Positions 22,066 to 35,927 of a stretch of DNA of 64,000 nucleotides are shown in pieces (position 1 is the first letter of the stretch; each line of letters begins with the position of its first letter). Origin of the DNA: Rhynchopus sp. YZ270_cl-10 (Eukaryota). The DNA lies in the NCBI GenBank assembly GCA_964035575.1, contig OZ037847.1, positions 1,178,001 through 1,242,000 of the forward strand. The letters run 5' to 3'. A program made the position numbers and the translations under genes. The notes beneath the pieces were generated by a model. That model was given only the letters and a program-made list of their open reading frames with translations. It had not been told where the DNA came from and searched no databases.

Positions 22066-23422
22066 TGCATTTTTTGCACAAAAAAGAAAGAAAAAAAAAA
22101 ATGAATTACGTGTGTGTGCGTGACCCTTTATAAAAAGACGTGCCTATTTTATAGGCCCATTTATCTTTCAAGTTTTCTTTAGAGACCCTCTGATTGTCCC
22201 AACCCTCACACAAAAAAATAAAACATGAGTTGTGAAAGAAGAGAACGTCTGCAAATCACAACAATGCTGTGTTTTTTTTTGTTGATTTTTTTTTTCTCCT
22301 TTTTTTTCTTTCTCCCCCTCTTCTTTCGAAATTTGGATATCGCGCTCATTTTTCACAAAGAGGGCTTTCATTTCCCCAGACGTGGATAATGTAATGAGAT
22401 GAGAAGGAGAAGGAGAACGAGGGACATGTGTTCACAGCGTACAACGGTATTCTGTGTAAGGAAGTCATATTTTGAATGATCCACACGAGACGAAGACACT
22501 TCTGTGAAACTGGAAGTTGCTACACTGTCTGAACTAAATAATAAAAAAAAACAAAATGTGGATCACATCCTGTATCCACACACTAAGATCTACCATTTTA
22601 TATTGTCCAATGACCTTCTTTCACTTTCAATTGTATATATTTTTGGAAATTTTTTGGAAATTTTTTGAATTGCCGGCGACTTTCTTGCTTTCTTGTTGTC
22701 GACGCAAATACAAAGGGGAAATGCAGCTGGTCCGTAGCAGCAACCCCAAACTAATCACCCTACGTGGCTCGCTTCAATCTTTTGTCATAAACCCTGCAGG
22801 GAATTCCTCTCCCCAGGGTATGTTCAAAATGAGTACACGGGCTTTGGGGACGAAAAGGAACCCGAGCGCTTTATGTCGTGGTGTGAACACTAAAAATTTG
22901 GTGGAAATCCTCCAGAGTGGAAATCCTCCCAGATCAACCAAACGTACGAAGATAGCGGGTATTTCTTCTTCTTCTTTTTTTTTTGTTGTTCATTTTTCAA
23001 TTTCGTTTTTCTTCCTGCAGTGCCTTCCCTTTGGAACGTTCGCAATTTCACTATGTTTTTTTTTCTAAGATGAGCCTTGTGTGCCCTTTGGGTGGCTCTT
23101 TCATATCACGGATTTTTTTCAAGGTGCCTAAACACACGACAGATTTAGGTTCATCTTTCAAAACAAATTTTTTTTTGGTTCGTTCAGACTGTTAGCTAGT
23201 TTACTTCCAGCCTACGCGATATGGCCGTTTGCGGGGAATTTTTTTTTGGGGAAAAATATAGGGACTACGGTGCGCCTGCGGCGCAGCCCCAGAGAGCTTG
23301 GCTGTAAAAGGTCCATTTTTTAGCGGGGGTTTCAACAATTTTTGAAATGTGTACCGTGGCTTCGCCAGAAACCTTTGGATGCCTCTTCAGGGAAAACCAT
23401 TCCACGAGGCGAAAATTTTAGA

Positions 23423-24086
23423 CAGGCCTTTTGCTAACTTTGGGATTTTCCCCAGGAATGGCATGATGGTCAAAAAAAAATAATTTCCTGGAAAAAAAGT
23501 ACATTCCGAGCTTTCCCACCTGGTAAAAGCGGTCGTCGCGCGCTTCGCGCGCGCCTCCCTGACAGCCACAGGGTGGAGAGGCGAAGGGTCAGCTTTGCAA
23601 GATAACAAAAAAAAAAAAAACGGAATCTAATCCTTGTTTAACGGTGCTTGGTCTTGCGCCTTACGTACACTAACCGTACAAAATCACTACGTCTTCCAGA
23701 AGCAGGGGCTGTTGCAACGGTTGGGTCATTTTGAAATAACAATGGTCAAATTTTTGCAGCTTGGGTCAAGTTTCATTTCTGGCTGCAAAATGCAAGGGAA
23801 TCCCCTTAGACATTGTAAAATGGCACCGTAGGCAGGAAGAAAATAGGCGTACAGCGCGAGCGAAGCGAGCGGGAATTTTTTTTTTAGGTATACCTCCGCG
23901 AGCGCAGCGAGCAGAAATATTTTCAGGCCATCATGCCATCATGCCATCTGGGGGGAAATCCCCAGGTGATGGAGAGCGAAAGCCCTGCCCCACCACCCCC
24001 CGTGGCATGATGGTGGCATGATGGAAAAAAAAATAAAAAACGCCCAAAAACGTGGCATGATGGCATGATGGTTAGCAAAAGGCCTG
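23423..24086. mobile_element. Non-autonomous TIR element with 9-bp TSD
   Basis: Perfect 16-bp TIR CAGGCCTTTTGCTAAC. AATTTTAGA on both flanks. Subterminal GGCATGAT repeats. Confidence 0.85.
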
Positions 24087-25009
24087 AATTTTAGAGGAAA
24101 ATTCCAAAAAAAAAAATTAGCTAACACAACACCCTGGTTTTGTTTTGTTTTTTTAGATCTAAACCCTTTTTCAAGTCCGTTCGCTTTTTATATATTACTT
24201 GCCTCTCAGCCATGTTACTGTCTTTTAACGTAACTGTCTCTGTCCCGGAGCAAGCAAAGTCCTCTGAGAGATGGATAGAAAATGCTGAGAAGCACCCCCC
24301 CCTCGTTATCCTGTGTCGACTACCCCCCTCGCGCCCCTTCGGCCACGTGGGGGCCCTTCAGTTTTTTTTTTGTGATCAAGGTGACCAAGCAGGTTCATCT
24401 GAATAAACTTTTCTGTTTTCCCTTTATTTTTTGGGTAACAAGACTGCTTGGCGGCTCCTCAAGAGAAAAAAAAAATGCAAAAATGAGACAACAAGAAAAG
24501 CGTCTTTCGAGCCGTGGGGGAGGCCGTTTGCTACATTTTATTTTTGTTTTGCTTTATTTTTGCAGGTGAAACCCCCTTGCTCTGTGGATCAATGGGTTTG
24601 CTCTAGAGATTGTACGGTGCTGTTATTGAAGATTATGTTGTTATTTTTCAGACGATTTCTTGGGTCCAGGTAGGTCCCTTTTTTAAGGTGACAAAGTGAG
24701 GCTTAGGTTCATCTCACAAACCTTCTTACATTTTTTGATAATACACCTCTGAACACCCTTTTTTTCTTTTCTTGTATGTAATCCCCACAAGCTCTTCAAT
24801 GAGCTGGGAAAAGGAACGAAGATTTAACAAAAAACAAAAAAAGCTACATTCTTGAGGAACGACTTTGCCGTTTATTTCCTTTAAGTACAAAGCCTCTTCA
24901 GGCATTATTTGGGGTGCAGACTGTACTTCGGTAAGCGATTGTCGACAACAAAAAACCTCCAAAAAAAAAAAATAAAGAAAAAAAACTAAAAAGAGATTTC
25001 TTTGGGTTG

Positions 25010-25122
25010 AGGATGAACTGCATCTTTTATTACCTTTTGAAATTCATTAGCCTTCGGGCGACTTTGTGTACAGAACCCGTCCTCGGATAGGTGATTGTCG
25101 ACACAACAAAAAAAAAAAAAAA
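25010..25122 (+). repeat. Dispersed family C, ~100 bp, ending in an A-rich tail (SINE-like)
   Basis: Core TTTGAAATTCATTAGCCTTCGGGCGACTTTGTGTACAGAACCCGTCCTCGG is identical at ~57548. Partial 3' copies near 24930 and 47718. Confidence 0.8.
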
Positions 25123-25285
25123 CACACTACGAGGTGGGCATTGGGACATTGTCCATGATCCGCAATACTGCACTACAGCAGACAAGCGGCCCACTCTCAC
25201 AAACGGATATCTTTATCAAAAAAAACAAAACAAAAAACAAAATAATGCAAAAATGAATCAAATAATCGCCTCTGCACCTATCTTT

Positions 25286-26190
25286 CATACTTGGACCGCC
25301 CGAAATATATTTCGGGCATTTCGGGCGATTTCGGGCGAATTAGGGGCGGATTTCGGGCGATTTTGTGCGCCCGAAGTCGCCCGAAAACGCCCGAAGTCGC
25401 CCGAAATGCAGATTTCGGGCGAATTCGGGCGCTTTTTCCTTAGTGAAAACCGACTAGGTAGGGTTCTACTCATTTTCGCAAAAAACTTTTTATATTTGGA
25501 AGTATTTGATGTCAAATCTGTCAAAATAAGCAATAATCGAAAACTTTTGTACACCTGAGTGCACTTTGGAGGCCCGTGAGAATCACCAGCAAATCACGGG
25601 TTTTCTGACTATCATTTGCTTATTCCCACCCAAAACACACTATGAACCGGGTTTTCACTATTTTTTCGTATTTCAGGGAGAATTTTTGTGAATTTTTGGG
25701 TCACAGGGTGGTTCTGACCCATTCTGGGGGGTGTTTCGGGCCTGTAGTTGCTCAAGAGATGCCCACAATCGTGAAAAATCGCCTTTTTACGTTTTTAGTA
25801 GTATTTTAGTGTAAATTGTTAGGGAAATCGGTTTTATACGTGGCTGCTAACAGAGCTGCACTCATATAAGTTGGGTTCTACTAGGAATTTTTGCTCAATT
25901 TTTTTTCTTTGAACAAATTTTGTGCCAATCTTTCAAATAAAGCGTTAGATTTTTACACTGGTGGCATGCTTCCCAGCACACATAAGATACTGGTTGTGCG
26001 CCCGAATTCGCCCGAATCTGCCCGAAATCGCCCGAATTCGCCCGAAATGCGCCCGAATTCGCCCGAATTACGTATAAATTCCCTTTAAAACGCCCGAAAT
26101 ATATTTCGGGCACATTTCGGGCGCTCGGGATCCGCGCCCGAAAAATTCGCCCGAATTCGCCCGAAATATATTTCGGGCGGTCCAAGTATG
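25286..26190. mobile_element. 905-bp MITE with 6-bp TSD
   Basis: TIR CATACTTGGACCGCCCGAAATATATTTCGGGC. ATCTTT on both flanks. Many CGCCCGAA subterminal repeats. Confidence 0.92.
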
Positions 26191-26890
26191 ATCTTTACAG
26201 CATTTTTCTTTTTTTCGTATTTTTTTTTTTTTGGGGGGTGTGTGTGGTCCACACCATAGGTTAACTCTACCTTACCACTGGGTATGAAATGTGCGGTCTG
26301 TATTCCCTCCCATCGACCAGAGGGGGGTATGCGGGACTAATAGTTGGTTTTCTCTACCCTATTTTTTATTTGTCACCACAGATAACATTGATTTTATCTG
26401 CCAGGGTTTTCTGAGCGCGGGGAGAAACTAGCTGGATGGGTCTCTTTTGTGTTTGAAATCAATGAGGGGGGCAAGGGGGGTGGTGTGCGTTTTTTGTTCA
26501 GATGTAAACCATGAAATGCATGGTTGGGGATCCACCCGGTGTACCTTTTCAAGGTACACTGTTACGAGAGGGTTTTTGCATTTTTTTTGTGCCAATTAGT
26601 GTTGTGTATTATCCAGTATCTTGCTTGACACATATCAACTCTCTTGCTCATCAGGGGATGGGATTCCTAGGGGGGGATTTCGTGTACATTTAGTATAGAT
26701 AATCAATGACACCGCGTTGATACATCCCCCCTTGCCTTTGGTATGTGACGGAAAAACCCCCCCCTCCACCCCCTTACCACACCTCAGTTTCAATTTAATG
26801 CCTCCCATGTACTGTTCTGGGAAGAAAGCTGGTTTATTTTTCAGATGCATACCTCGAAAATGGATGTAGGAAGACTCTACCCCATGTTAC

Positions 26891-26987
26891 AAGGTGCACT
26901 GTCACGAGAGGGCTTTGTATTTCAACTTTTTTTTAGGTGCTGGCATCGTATGTAGGTCAGTCGGAGGTGCCTGCATGGTTTTTTTCT
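26891..26987 (+). repeat. Representative of dispersed family B (AAGGTACACTGT(T)CACGAGAGGGCTTTGTATTTCAA), here with its downstream module
   Basis: Related copies near 26551, 29095, 29707, 33878, 35894 and 37700. The downstream module GCTGGCATCGTA..GGTCAGTCGG(A/G)GGTGCCTGCAT recurs near 33953. Confidence 0.8.
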
Positions 26988-28212
26988 TTCCGAGAAGAGC
27001 GCCAAATGGGCCTTACACCCCCCCGCTGTGAGGAGATCAGGTAGGTCCTTCACGAAGATACCCATCATTAGAAAACGTTAACTTCCACTTCAGAGTACAC
27101 ATAAGCATCGTCCTCGAACAGAGGCTGATGCAAAACGAGAGTAGGGAAAGGAGGTGCCTCAAAGCAATGCAGCAAGGTAGGTCACAGAACATCAGAGGTA
27201 CAAAAAAGAAGAATTTTTTTTTTTTTGAAAAAGAACAATGTTAGCAGTTTGGCAGAGTTTAGTTGTGGGATGCAGTTCGAGCATCTCCACCCCCCTTTTT
27301 TTTGTTCAAAAAAAAAAACTTTTTCACGAACTTTTTTCCACTTTACTGCCCGCTTTGAACAATATAAGGAAACGCGTGCTTGACCATCTGTTAGGTGGCA
27401 TCCCGTTGTCGAATTATACAAAAAACTGCGTGGAGATCACATGAAAAAAAGCGATGTGACTGCACGTCGTCAATTTATCAAAAAAAAAGAAAAGAAAATA
27501 TCACTGTCAATGACTATTACGATTCACACCAAAACAAATCCCTGGTTATATAAAACAGCGGAAACAAGGCGCACGTCAATTTTCAATTTTCGGTTATTTG
27601 CTTCCCCCTCTCCCCACCCCCACTCTCAGACTGGAGCACTGTTTAACAAATCTCACTCGTTACCCTATGAAACGCCATGTTCCTTCTTTATATAAAAAAA
27701 TGTATGTGTGTGTGATTTTTTTTTCCAAGTGACTGCGCACGGCTTAGCTCATCTTACCATCTAGGTGTACCAAAAGAAAGCTCTACGTCTTTGCTAAAAG
27801 GGGGTTCAGTATTTTTATATAAAAATACCACACACCCAGAGACCTTTGGTGTACTTCTGAGAAAGGGGGTGGGAGGTGTGTTTTTTTTTTGGCAAGCAAT
27901 TCAGCGGGCAAAGGGGGGATCAGAAAATTAGAGACGTGTTTTTGCTGTTCTTTTTGTTTTTTTTTTTGTTAATGCTGTGATCACGGTGAGGTGCTGTTAT
28001 TTTTATTTTATTTTTGTGTCGTGTTGTGTGGTTTTTACACAAAAAAAAATAACAGCTTCTCACAGTTTGTTCACTTTAGATTTTGTGTATTTTTTTCTTA
28101 TTCTTATCATGAGTGAAGCCGTGTAGTCTTGGGAATTCCTTGATTTTTCTCAAGTGGTGTGATCAATAAAGGTGCACCGTATAAAAAGGCTTTGTCAAAA
28201 CTTTCGTGATTA

Positions 28213-28285
28213 CAGTGGTTAAACAAAGTTTACGCCTAAACTAATGGCGGAAATTACTTTAGGCGGAACTTTTGTTTAACCACTG
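28213..28285. mobile_element. 73-bp Tc1/mariner-type MITE
   Basis: TA|CAGTGGTTAAACAAA...TTTGTTTAACCACTG|TA; almost entirely a foldback. Confidence 0.8.
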
Positions 28286-28903
28286 TACTTTCGATTTTTT
28301 TTCGAGACTTTTTTGCCCACACCAAGAACGGCATTCGCCAATCCATGCCGGTCTCAGTAAATGGATTAGCAGTGGGTCTCTGAACAGCACATGCACCAGT
28401 ACAAAATCTACACGAGAAAAGAGGGAAAAATCTTTCATTTTGGGATAGCGTACCCACCCGGTAGCTCATACCCTTTTTCTTGCAGAAGAAATGGGAAGGT
28501 CTGAACAAAGCACCCCTTCCTCTTTTAAAACAAAGCAAATCATCGGAAAAATAAACAAAAAAAAAAAAAAAAAGGCGGCCGATTACTTATCCACCCGATA
28601 ACGAAGCCCAAAAATCATCCTCTCTCTCTCTCTACTTTAACCATGATTTTTTTTTTTTTTGTTGTGGATGTGTGCGTCCGTTTCCATCTGACCCATCCAG
28701 TCTTTTCAGTTTCTCTTTTATTCCCTTTCCCCCCCGTCCGTGTTGGCTTCATAAAAAACCCATTCAATACCCCCGCCTGTGTTTGCACGTTTTATCCATG
28801 TTCACGCTCTTTCTATGTTTTGCTATAAAAAAAAGACGGGTTATAGTGGAGTTCATCCTCGGGTGTTTACACTAATACAACCAAGTTTTCAAAAGATGGG
28901 ATA

Positions 28904-28971
28904 CCGTAACTGTAAAAATGTTGGGACGAGCGAGCCTTTTTTGGGCTGTCCCAACATTTTTACAGTTACGG
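28904..28971. mobile_element. 68-bp Tc1/pogo-type MITE
   Basis: Perfect 24-bp TIR CCGTAACTGTAAAAATGTTGGGAC with TA on both flanks. Confidence 0.85.
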
Positions 28972-31184
28972 TATATCGTTTTTGGATGTCCTTTGTGTGC
29001 TTTCTCTTCTTTTTTTTTGGAATGGAAAGTAGATGAAAATTAGTATTACTTCTCCTTAGTGGTTTTCTTTTCTTTTTCTTTTTTGGAGAATATTAGGTAC
29101 ACTGTTCACGAGAGTGCTTTGTATTTCAAGCCAACCTATTTTTTTTTTTCCCGTTCGTTTCGTGTTTTTTGAAAACCAGGTGAAATCCCACTTCCCTTCT
29201 ACCCAAAAAAAAAAACCCCCCTTTCTGATACCTGCATTTTGCAGAGAGAGAGAGCGAGAGAGATATTGTGTGTTTCTCCCTCCCAGCCTTCACTTTTTTG
29301 TTGCAAGGTGACTCAGTACAGTGATGGCGAAGTTTCCTATTTACATTTTTTTTTTTGTGTTTGGTGTTGAAAACAGGGATTTTGATTCGAAGCGCCTACT
29401 TCTTCACTCTTAGAGAGAAAATATGTTAGAGCAATTTTTTAAAGCCATTTCTCTCCTTCATTGGATGAGGCAAAAAAAAAATACTTCTGAAAGAAAAGGT
29501 GGGGCGAATAAGGGGAAATGAAAATTTAGACAAAATGGGTATCAAAAGTAGACTGCTTGCGTGGCAGCACATTATCAAAAAACAAAAACAAAAACAAAAA
29601 ACGAACAATCGTGACAAACTAGAACTACCTAAAACCTATCACAGAAACAGTTTTATTCCCCCCCCTTTTTTTCGAAATGGTCAACCCGGTACACCGGTTA
29701 TGTACCAAGGTACACTGTCAAGAGGGCTTTGTATTTCAAGTCACATTTTTTTTGAGATTTTCCCCCCCACATACAGTCTGAGAGACCCTCTCACCATGTT
29801 TCGCACTTCACCTGATTACTCAAATACCCCATTTGAGCGGATCTGTGAAAGCCTGTTTGCATGGGACAACCGCCTTTGTGTCTGTAGCAGTTTTTTTCTG
29901 TCGAAAGATGTGCTCTGGGCCGTCAGAAACAGTTTATTGATGTAAAGTGCGGGGAGGGTATATGGGTATATGGGTAGATAGTTCATTCTTTCAACAGGGT
30001 CGCTTTGTGGGGGAGAGATTTGTACACAAGAGAGGTGCATTCACCACACATTTATTTGTTTTCTGTTTTTCCCTTTTTTTTCAGTCTGGGGGGCAAAAAG
30101 GGAAAGTCAGTTTGGGGAAGATTCATAGAGCAGCATGTGTTTTCTTATACAATTTTTATACAAAAAGTGAGACAACCATCTCTAATAATAGGAACCCAAA
30201 AAAAAAAACGCCAAAAAAACCAAAACGCCTGAATTTGGTGGTTTGAGCCTCTCAGAAGTTTAATTACCCCTGCTATTTTTTAGTATTTTGTTCACAAAAA
30301 ATGGCAGAAGGGATGTGTCTATCCATGTGATTCGGGTTTCACGCTTTTATTTCTTTTGTGGTTGTGTCTGTTGATCATAGTTACGAAATATCTTTTTATT
30401 GAGGAAAAAAAGAGGCTTGTCATATGATGAAGGGATGTCCTGTTCAATTGTACGTAGCAATTGGCAAGGTAGCAGTAGTTCTTAAAAAACGGATATTTTT
30501 GTCGATAGGGGAGGGGGGATAAAAAAAAAGGGCAAGCAAAAGCAAGGCTGTTGTGAACAACGGGTAGCTCTTTCCACGTATTCAAAAAAAAAAAAATAAT
30601 AAAAGTAGGTGGTTCCACACAATGTATTTGGTGTGTGACCTCCCCCCCAACACGTCTTTCAAGTTTTCTCTATTTTTTCAAAAAAAAAAACAAAAAAAAC
30701 AAAACCTCTTCCCTTCTGTGGACAACTCCCACTATACGAAGGCATGCTTCCCTTCTCTCTCCCTCCCCTCGGCACTCTTGCAAAAAAAGTATATCAAAAA
30801 GTTCGATTCTCATTTTTTTTACCCCTTTTTATTTCCTGACCTTACCAAAAGGGGTGACATCTGCAACCTCTTTTTTTGATACCAAATCTCGATCATCCCG
30901 AACAACCGTATCCTGAAGAAACAGCCATAAATTTCAAAACAAGATTCATCGTTCCCCACGCGGCAAACTATAGTGGTCAAAAGCATCATTTCCACCTTTG
31001 CAAATTTTTTTTCCCTCTCTTGGTGTTTTCGGAAGTCGGTCAACGACCTGTCAGCGACGTGTCACGACCTCTCGGTGACCTGTCGGCGACGTGTCAATAT
31101 CGACCCCTCCCGGAGCACCATCTCTTCATTTCCTTTCCTCCCTCCTCTCTCTCAACCCACCCACCACCTCCAGAAGTGCATGCA

Positions 31185-34100
31185 ATGAACGAAAATGGAA
31201 ATAGCGATGACGAAGTACTTGGTGTGCGGAAGCGGAGTATACCGGCAGGGTTTGTGCTTAAGGCGGACCAGCAGGACTTGGATAAGCTGCTCATCTGCTT
31301 AGAGCAGCTTGCGGGGCTGGGGCACACCTCTATAGAATGCTCGCAGAAGTTTGCCGAAAGCATTGAGTCCAAGCTGTCAAAGTCGCCCACATCACCTGTT
31401 TCGCCCACCTCCCCTTCACGACACCCGCTTGCAGCAAGAATCCCCACCGAAGACCTGCAGGGCACTCTCTCCTGCATCCACCTCCTCATCGAAAACAAGG
31501 TCGACAATGTCCCATGCATCAAAACCGCCCTCCTTGAGATCCGAGAATCCCTGCAAAGGAGAAAGATCCCCGAGGTCTCCTCTCTCTGTGCTGCCGAGGT
31601 GTCCCCTCTGTGCGAAGGCGACAGCTCGCTTGGGGGGACGTCTCCACCTTCGCCGCCGGTTTTGAATATTATCCCAACAAGCCCAAAGAGGGATATGGAC
31701 TTCACTGTGGTGGATGCGGGTATACCCCTTCCTGACGTCATCCAACCAGTAATCAATTTTGACACAGACGCGGTCGAAGCCCCCAGCAATGCAACATACG
31801 AATGGCATGACGACGAAGAAAAGGCCTTTGAAAACGAATACGAAGTCGAAGACTGCCACCTCTGCCATGAAATGATCACTACCGACGAATTCGAGGCACA
31901 CTGGGCAAATGGTGTGCCGCCCCCGAAAGACCACCCCCTACAAAACGGAAAGGGTGTGATCGAGACAACACACGTTCACAAAGGGCAGGACGATCTTGGG
32001 CAGAAGATGATAAACCAATATACGGTTGTATCCGAGCTTGGGAAGGGTTCTTATGGAAAGGTCAAGCTGGTTGTGCATGTTCCTACCCGAAAGAACTTTG
32101 CGATTAAGATTTTGAACAAATCGCTGTTACGTGGTGTAAAGATGGGGATGGAGAAGACAGCGTTGGACGATGTGTTGGGAGAGGTGGCGATTATGAAGCG
32201 CTGCCACCACAAAAACGTCTGCCAGCTCCGCGAGGTCATTGACGACGAAAACGGGGGCAAGATGTACCTCATTGTGGACTACTACCAGAAGGGCCCGGTC
32301 TTCTGCCTTGAGAACAACGACGACCCGGACCCCCTCTCTGAGCCCCAGGTGAAAAAATATTTGATTGGCGTATGCCAAGGGCTCGACTACCTCCATCAGA
32401 TGAACATAATACACCGCGATATCAAGCCCGCCAACATCTTAGTTGGTTCCGACGACGAAGCCACGCTAACCGACTTCGGCATTTCCCATTCATGCGAAGG
32501 CAACAGCGAAGTCGCCGACACTAAAGGAACACCCGCATTCCTTACCCCTGAACAGATCAAACAGGAGCCCATTGACGGGAAGATGGCAGACATCTGGGCA
32601 GTAGGTGTCACCTTCTACGCAATGACCTACGCACAGCTTCCGTTCAAAGGCATGACCTACCTCGAACTCTGCAAGCAAGTCATCGAAGAGGACCCAGAGT
32701 ACCCCACCACAACAAGCCCTGCGCTGACAATGCTCATCAAAGGTATTTTGAAGAAGAATGTGGACGACCGCATCGGGAAGAACAACGGGGTGAGGGACAT
32801 TCTGGTGCATCCGTATCTTCTGGGGGAGCGGGGGGCAGAGCTGCAGACGCATACTGAGATCAATGTGACGGACGAAGATCGATCTGCGGCGGTGGTGACA
32901 GGGCGGAACATTCAGTTGCGTCTGGGCAACACTGTTGGAGTGATGCTTCAGGTGAAAGGTGCCATGAAAGGCTTCCTCGGAGGACCCAAAAAGAAGAAGG
33001 ACAACGGCCTCCTCAACCTCGACGTAAACATCAACAACCAAGGCTCTGGCGATCCTCAACTCTCCGCAAGCGGTGGCAACCTCGAAATCGAATATGAAGA
33101 CGACGACGAAGACGACGAAGATGACAAACCCGTCGTCCCCAGCCCCAGCAACGCCAGCGGACGCAAATCCCCTTCCTTCCTCATCAGAAGCTCCGGCTCT
33201 CAAATCCCCCTCACCCCAAAGCGCTCCTTCAGAACCGAAGAGCAAGCCGTAATGGAGGATACCAGCAAAGACGACGTTGTGAAGCAAATAGAAAAGCTTC
33301 TCCAAGAAGAGGTATGTTCACATTGTTTTGGATTAAAAAAACGCAATAAAAAAACAAAAAAAAAAACAGGAAAAGGAGTTGACGCTGAACTGCATCAAAT
33401 TCGATTTCATCCCCGAGCAGGTTCTTTTGGGGAAAAATCTGACGTCGTTCACATCTCATTTGAACGGCCTGACGTGCCTCCCGAAAGATATCAATCAGCT
33501 TGAAAATTTGGTCAATCTAAGCATCGCGCACAACCGTATAACATACCTTCCAGACTCGATATGCGACCTGAAGCATCTCAACAGGCTTGACTGCAACCAC
33601 AACGAGCTGTGCGCCCTCCCTTCCAACTTCGGCAATCTGAAGCAGCTTAAGGTCATCAACCTCGACTACAACTGCTTTGTCGAGGTACCCGATGCTGTGT
33701 GCGAAATCAAAGGGCTAGACCAGTGCTTCATCATCCAAAATGTTGAAATTTCCGAGTTTCCCGAAGGGATCACACAATGGGAGAGTTGCCAGGTATTGCC
33801 CATTTTATATAAACCACGAAAATGGATTGTAGGACTGCATGGTTTGGGGTCCACCCCCTGGTAGAGCCGGTCATACCAAAGTACACTGTTCACGACTTTG
33901 TATTTCAAATCAACTTTTTTTACATCTACTGTGGTAGGCCGCAGGGTGCTGCGGCTGGCATCGTACAGTGGGTCAGTCGGGGGTGCCTGCATCAAACAAC
34001 TACAGTTTTTTATTAAAATGCCAAACCGTTAATTGTGTCATCTCTACCCTCTTTGGAGTTCTCATCTCTCGAATCCTCCCCCTTTGGTGATTGTTTATTG

Positions 34101-35162
34101 AGAAGGAAAACAACAACAGCAACAACAACAACACCAACACAGTTCGCATTGACCAACACACCGCGCATGCTGAAGCTGTACCAGAAGATGGTCGCAGAAG
34201 GTACCTTCCCTGTGAAGAATGTGACCATGGTGTGGAACAAGCTTTACCCCGACCCTGTGGAGGAGCATCTGTACCTGGGGTCCCTGCGGACGGCGCAGAC
34301 GGAGAAGATTCTGAAGGAGCTGCAGATCAACCGCATCGTGACGGCAGGCAAAGGCCTTCTCATCCTAGACCCCCTCCCCGCGGGCATGGAGCAGGTCACG
34401 CTCAACGTGGACGACAACCCCGACCAAAAGATGACACCCTTCTTCAACGACATCACCGAATATATAGAGAAGCAGCTGGAGGACGAGAAATCTGTTCTCG
34501 TGCACTGTTTTGCAGGGCTCTCGCGATCTGTTGCGGTGGTATGTGGAGTATTTATTTACTTTGACAAAAAAAAAATCAAAAAAAAAGTGACTGTGGAGCT
34601 TTGCTGGCAACTATTCCAACAGTTCTTCAAAAAAAAGCAAAAAAAAAATCTACAAAAAATACACGTCAGGTCTGCGCTTACCTCATCAAGTCCAAGAATA
34701 TGACATTCAAAGACGCGATAACTCTCGTAAAGAAGGCCCGTCCAGCGGCAAACCCAAACAACGGATTCAGAAAACAGGTATGTTACCCAGAGACATTCGT
34801 CGGGCGTTTGCGCTTTGTCCTTTTCTTCTTCTTCTTCTGCATCCAGAGGGTTTACATTACAACAACTTCTTCGTCTTTAATGTGCCAAAGACCCGCGAGG
34901 CTTAGGCTCATCTACTCTCCCCCTACCCTAAGATGGTTCTGTGTTCTCCACACATCAATCGTTTTTTAAACCGAACCCTCACTACAGCTGATCGAATATG
35001 AACACGAACTGCATGGGACACGCTTGGATCCGAAAGACATTGAAAATTTTTCTAATGGTATGTAAAAGAACATGCGGGCGTTCTTCGTTCAATTTCAAAG
35101 TCGTCACCCTCTGTACACCCTTCTTCTTTACAGGGCCTAGCGTCGAACCAGAAGACATTTGA
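31185..35162 (+). CDS. CaMKK-like kinase + leucine-rich repeats + dual-specificity phosphatase; exons 31185-33311, 33370-33792, 34143-34538, 34670-34777, 34988-35057, 35134-35162
   Basis: Kinase motifs GKGSYGKV, AIK, HRDIKPAN, DFG, GTPAF. LRRs (LxxLxLxxN). DSP motifs LYLGS, HCFAGLSRS, AYLI, PNNGF. Five GT-AG introns join the frames. Confidence 0.9.
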
Positions 35163-35927
35163 CATCTCTCCCTTTTTGAGTGTCACCGCTTTGCTGCCAT
35201 CTTGAAGCAAACACTCTGTGGACTTATTCAAGCTTTGTCAGGAAATGCAGCAGGGGTGGGCACGCTCAAACCGCAACCAGCAGCCTTGCATCGTCAATAG
35301 TGGGGGGTATTCGTCTCTGCACGGCTTTCAAGACGATAGGGGTGTTCTAGGTGATTCAGGAGGAGAGGGTGACGTTCCTCTTTACTCTTCTCTTTTCTTT
35401 TAGCGTATAAATTGGCGCACCATGTGTATGGCATTGCCAGCTAGACCTCTTACCAACTTTTTTTCTTTTTCTTGAAAAACCAGAAGTACTTTTCTCAATG
35501 TACGGATATGCTGTCTCTGTTGTCTTTTGTTTTTGTTTTCAATGTACAGTTGGCGAAGGTTTTTCTTTTTGCGACATTTTCGGCCTTCGATCACACCCCA
35601 TTGCAATAGCCCACCTTTTTTTGAATGCTAAACACGCGTGGTCATTTTCAAGATCCACGCGCTCTTGAGCAGCCCTTCGTTCATTTTTCTACTTAGTTTG
35701 TATTTCATTCTTTTTCGGTTGTGCACCTAAGGATGGCAGCAGGCGCGCAAATTGCCCAATAGCACACACTGCTGCAACAGCGAAGAGAAATGGTAACTTC
35801 TGGCACTCTCAACCCCATCCTCTTCTGGGGGCTTATGTCCATACACACCTTTATTATGTTAGTGACTGAGCACGGCTTAGGTTCATCTCGGTTGTACACT
35901 GGCTTTTGTATTTCACGTTACATTCAT

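Noticed and set aside
23190..24126. Outer element with 13-bp TGTTAGCTA(G/A)TTT inverted ends around the 9-bp-TSD element
   Set aside because: Short match and no TSD.
22066..31000. Many short ORFs in the AT-rich interval
   Set aside because: Poly-A/T-driven, K/F-rich translations without motifs; the region is explained by MITEs and dispersed repeats.
30876..31184. N-terminal extension of the kinase ORF from a TTG start
   Set aside because: Reads through the pyrimidine tract and acceptor; the ATG at 31185 is more plausible. Similar reasoning applies to the extensions at 1361, 18563 and 59855.
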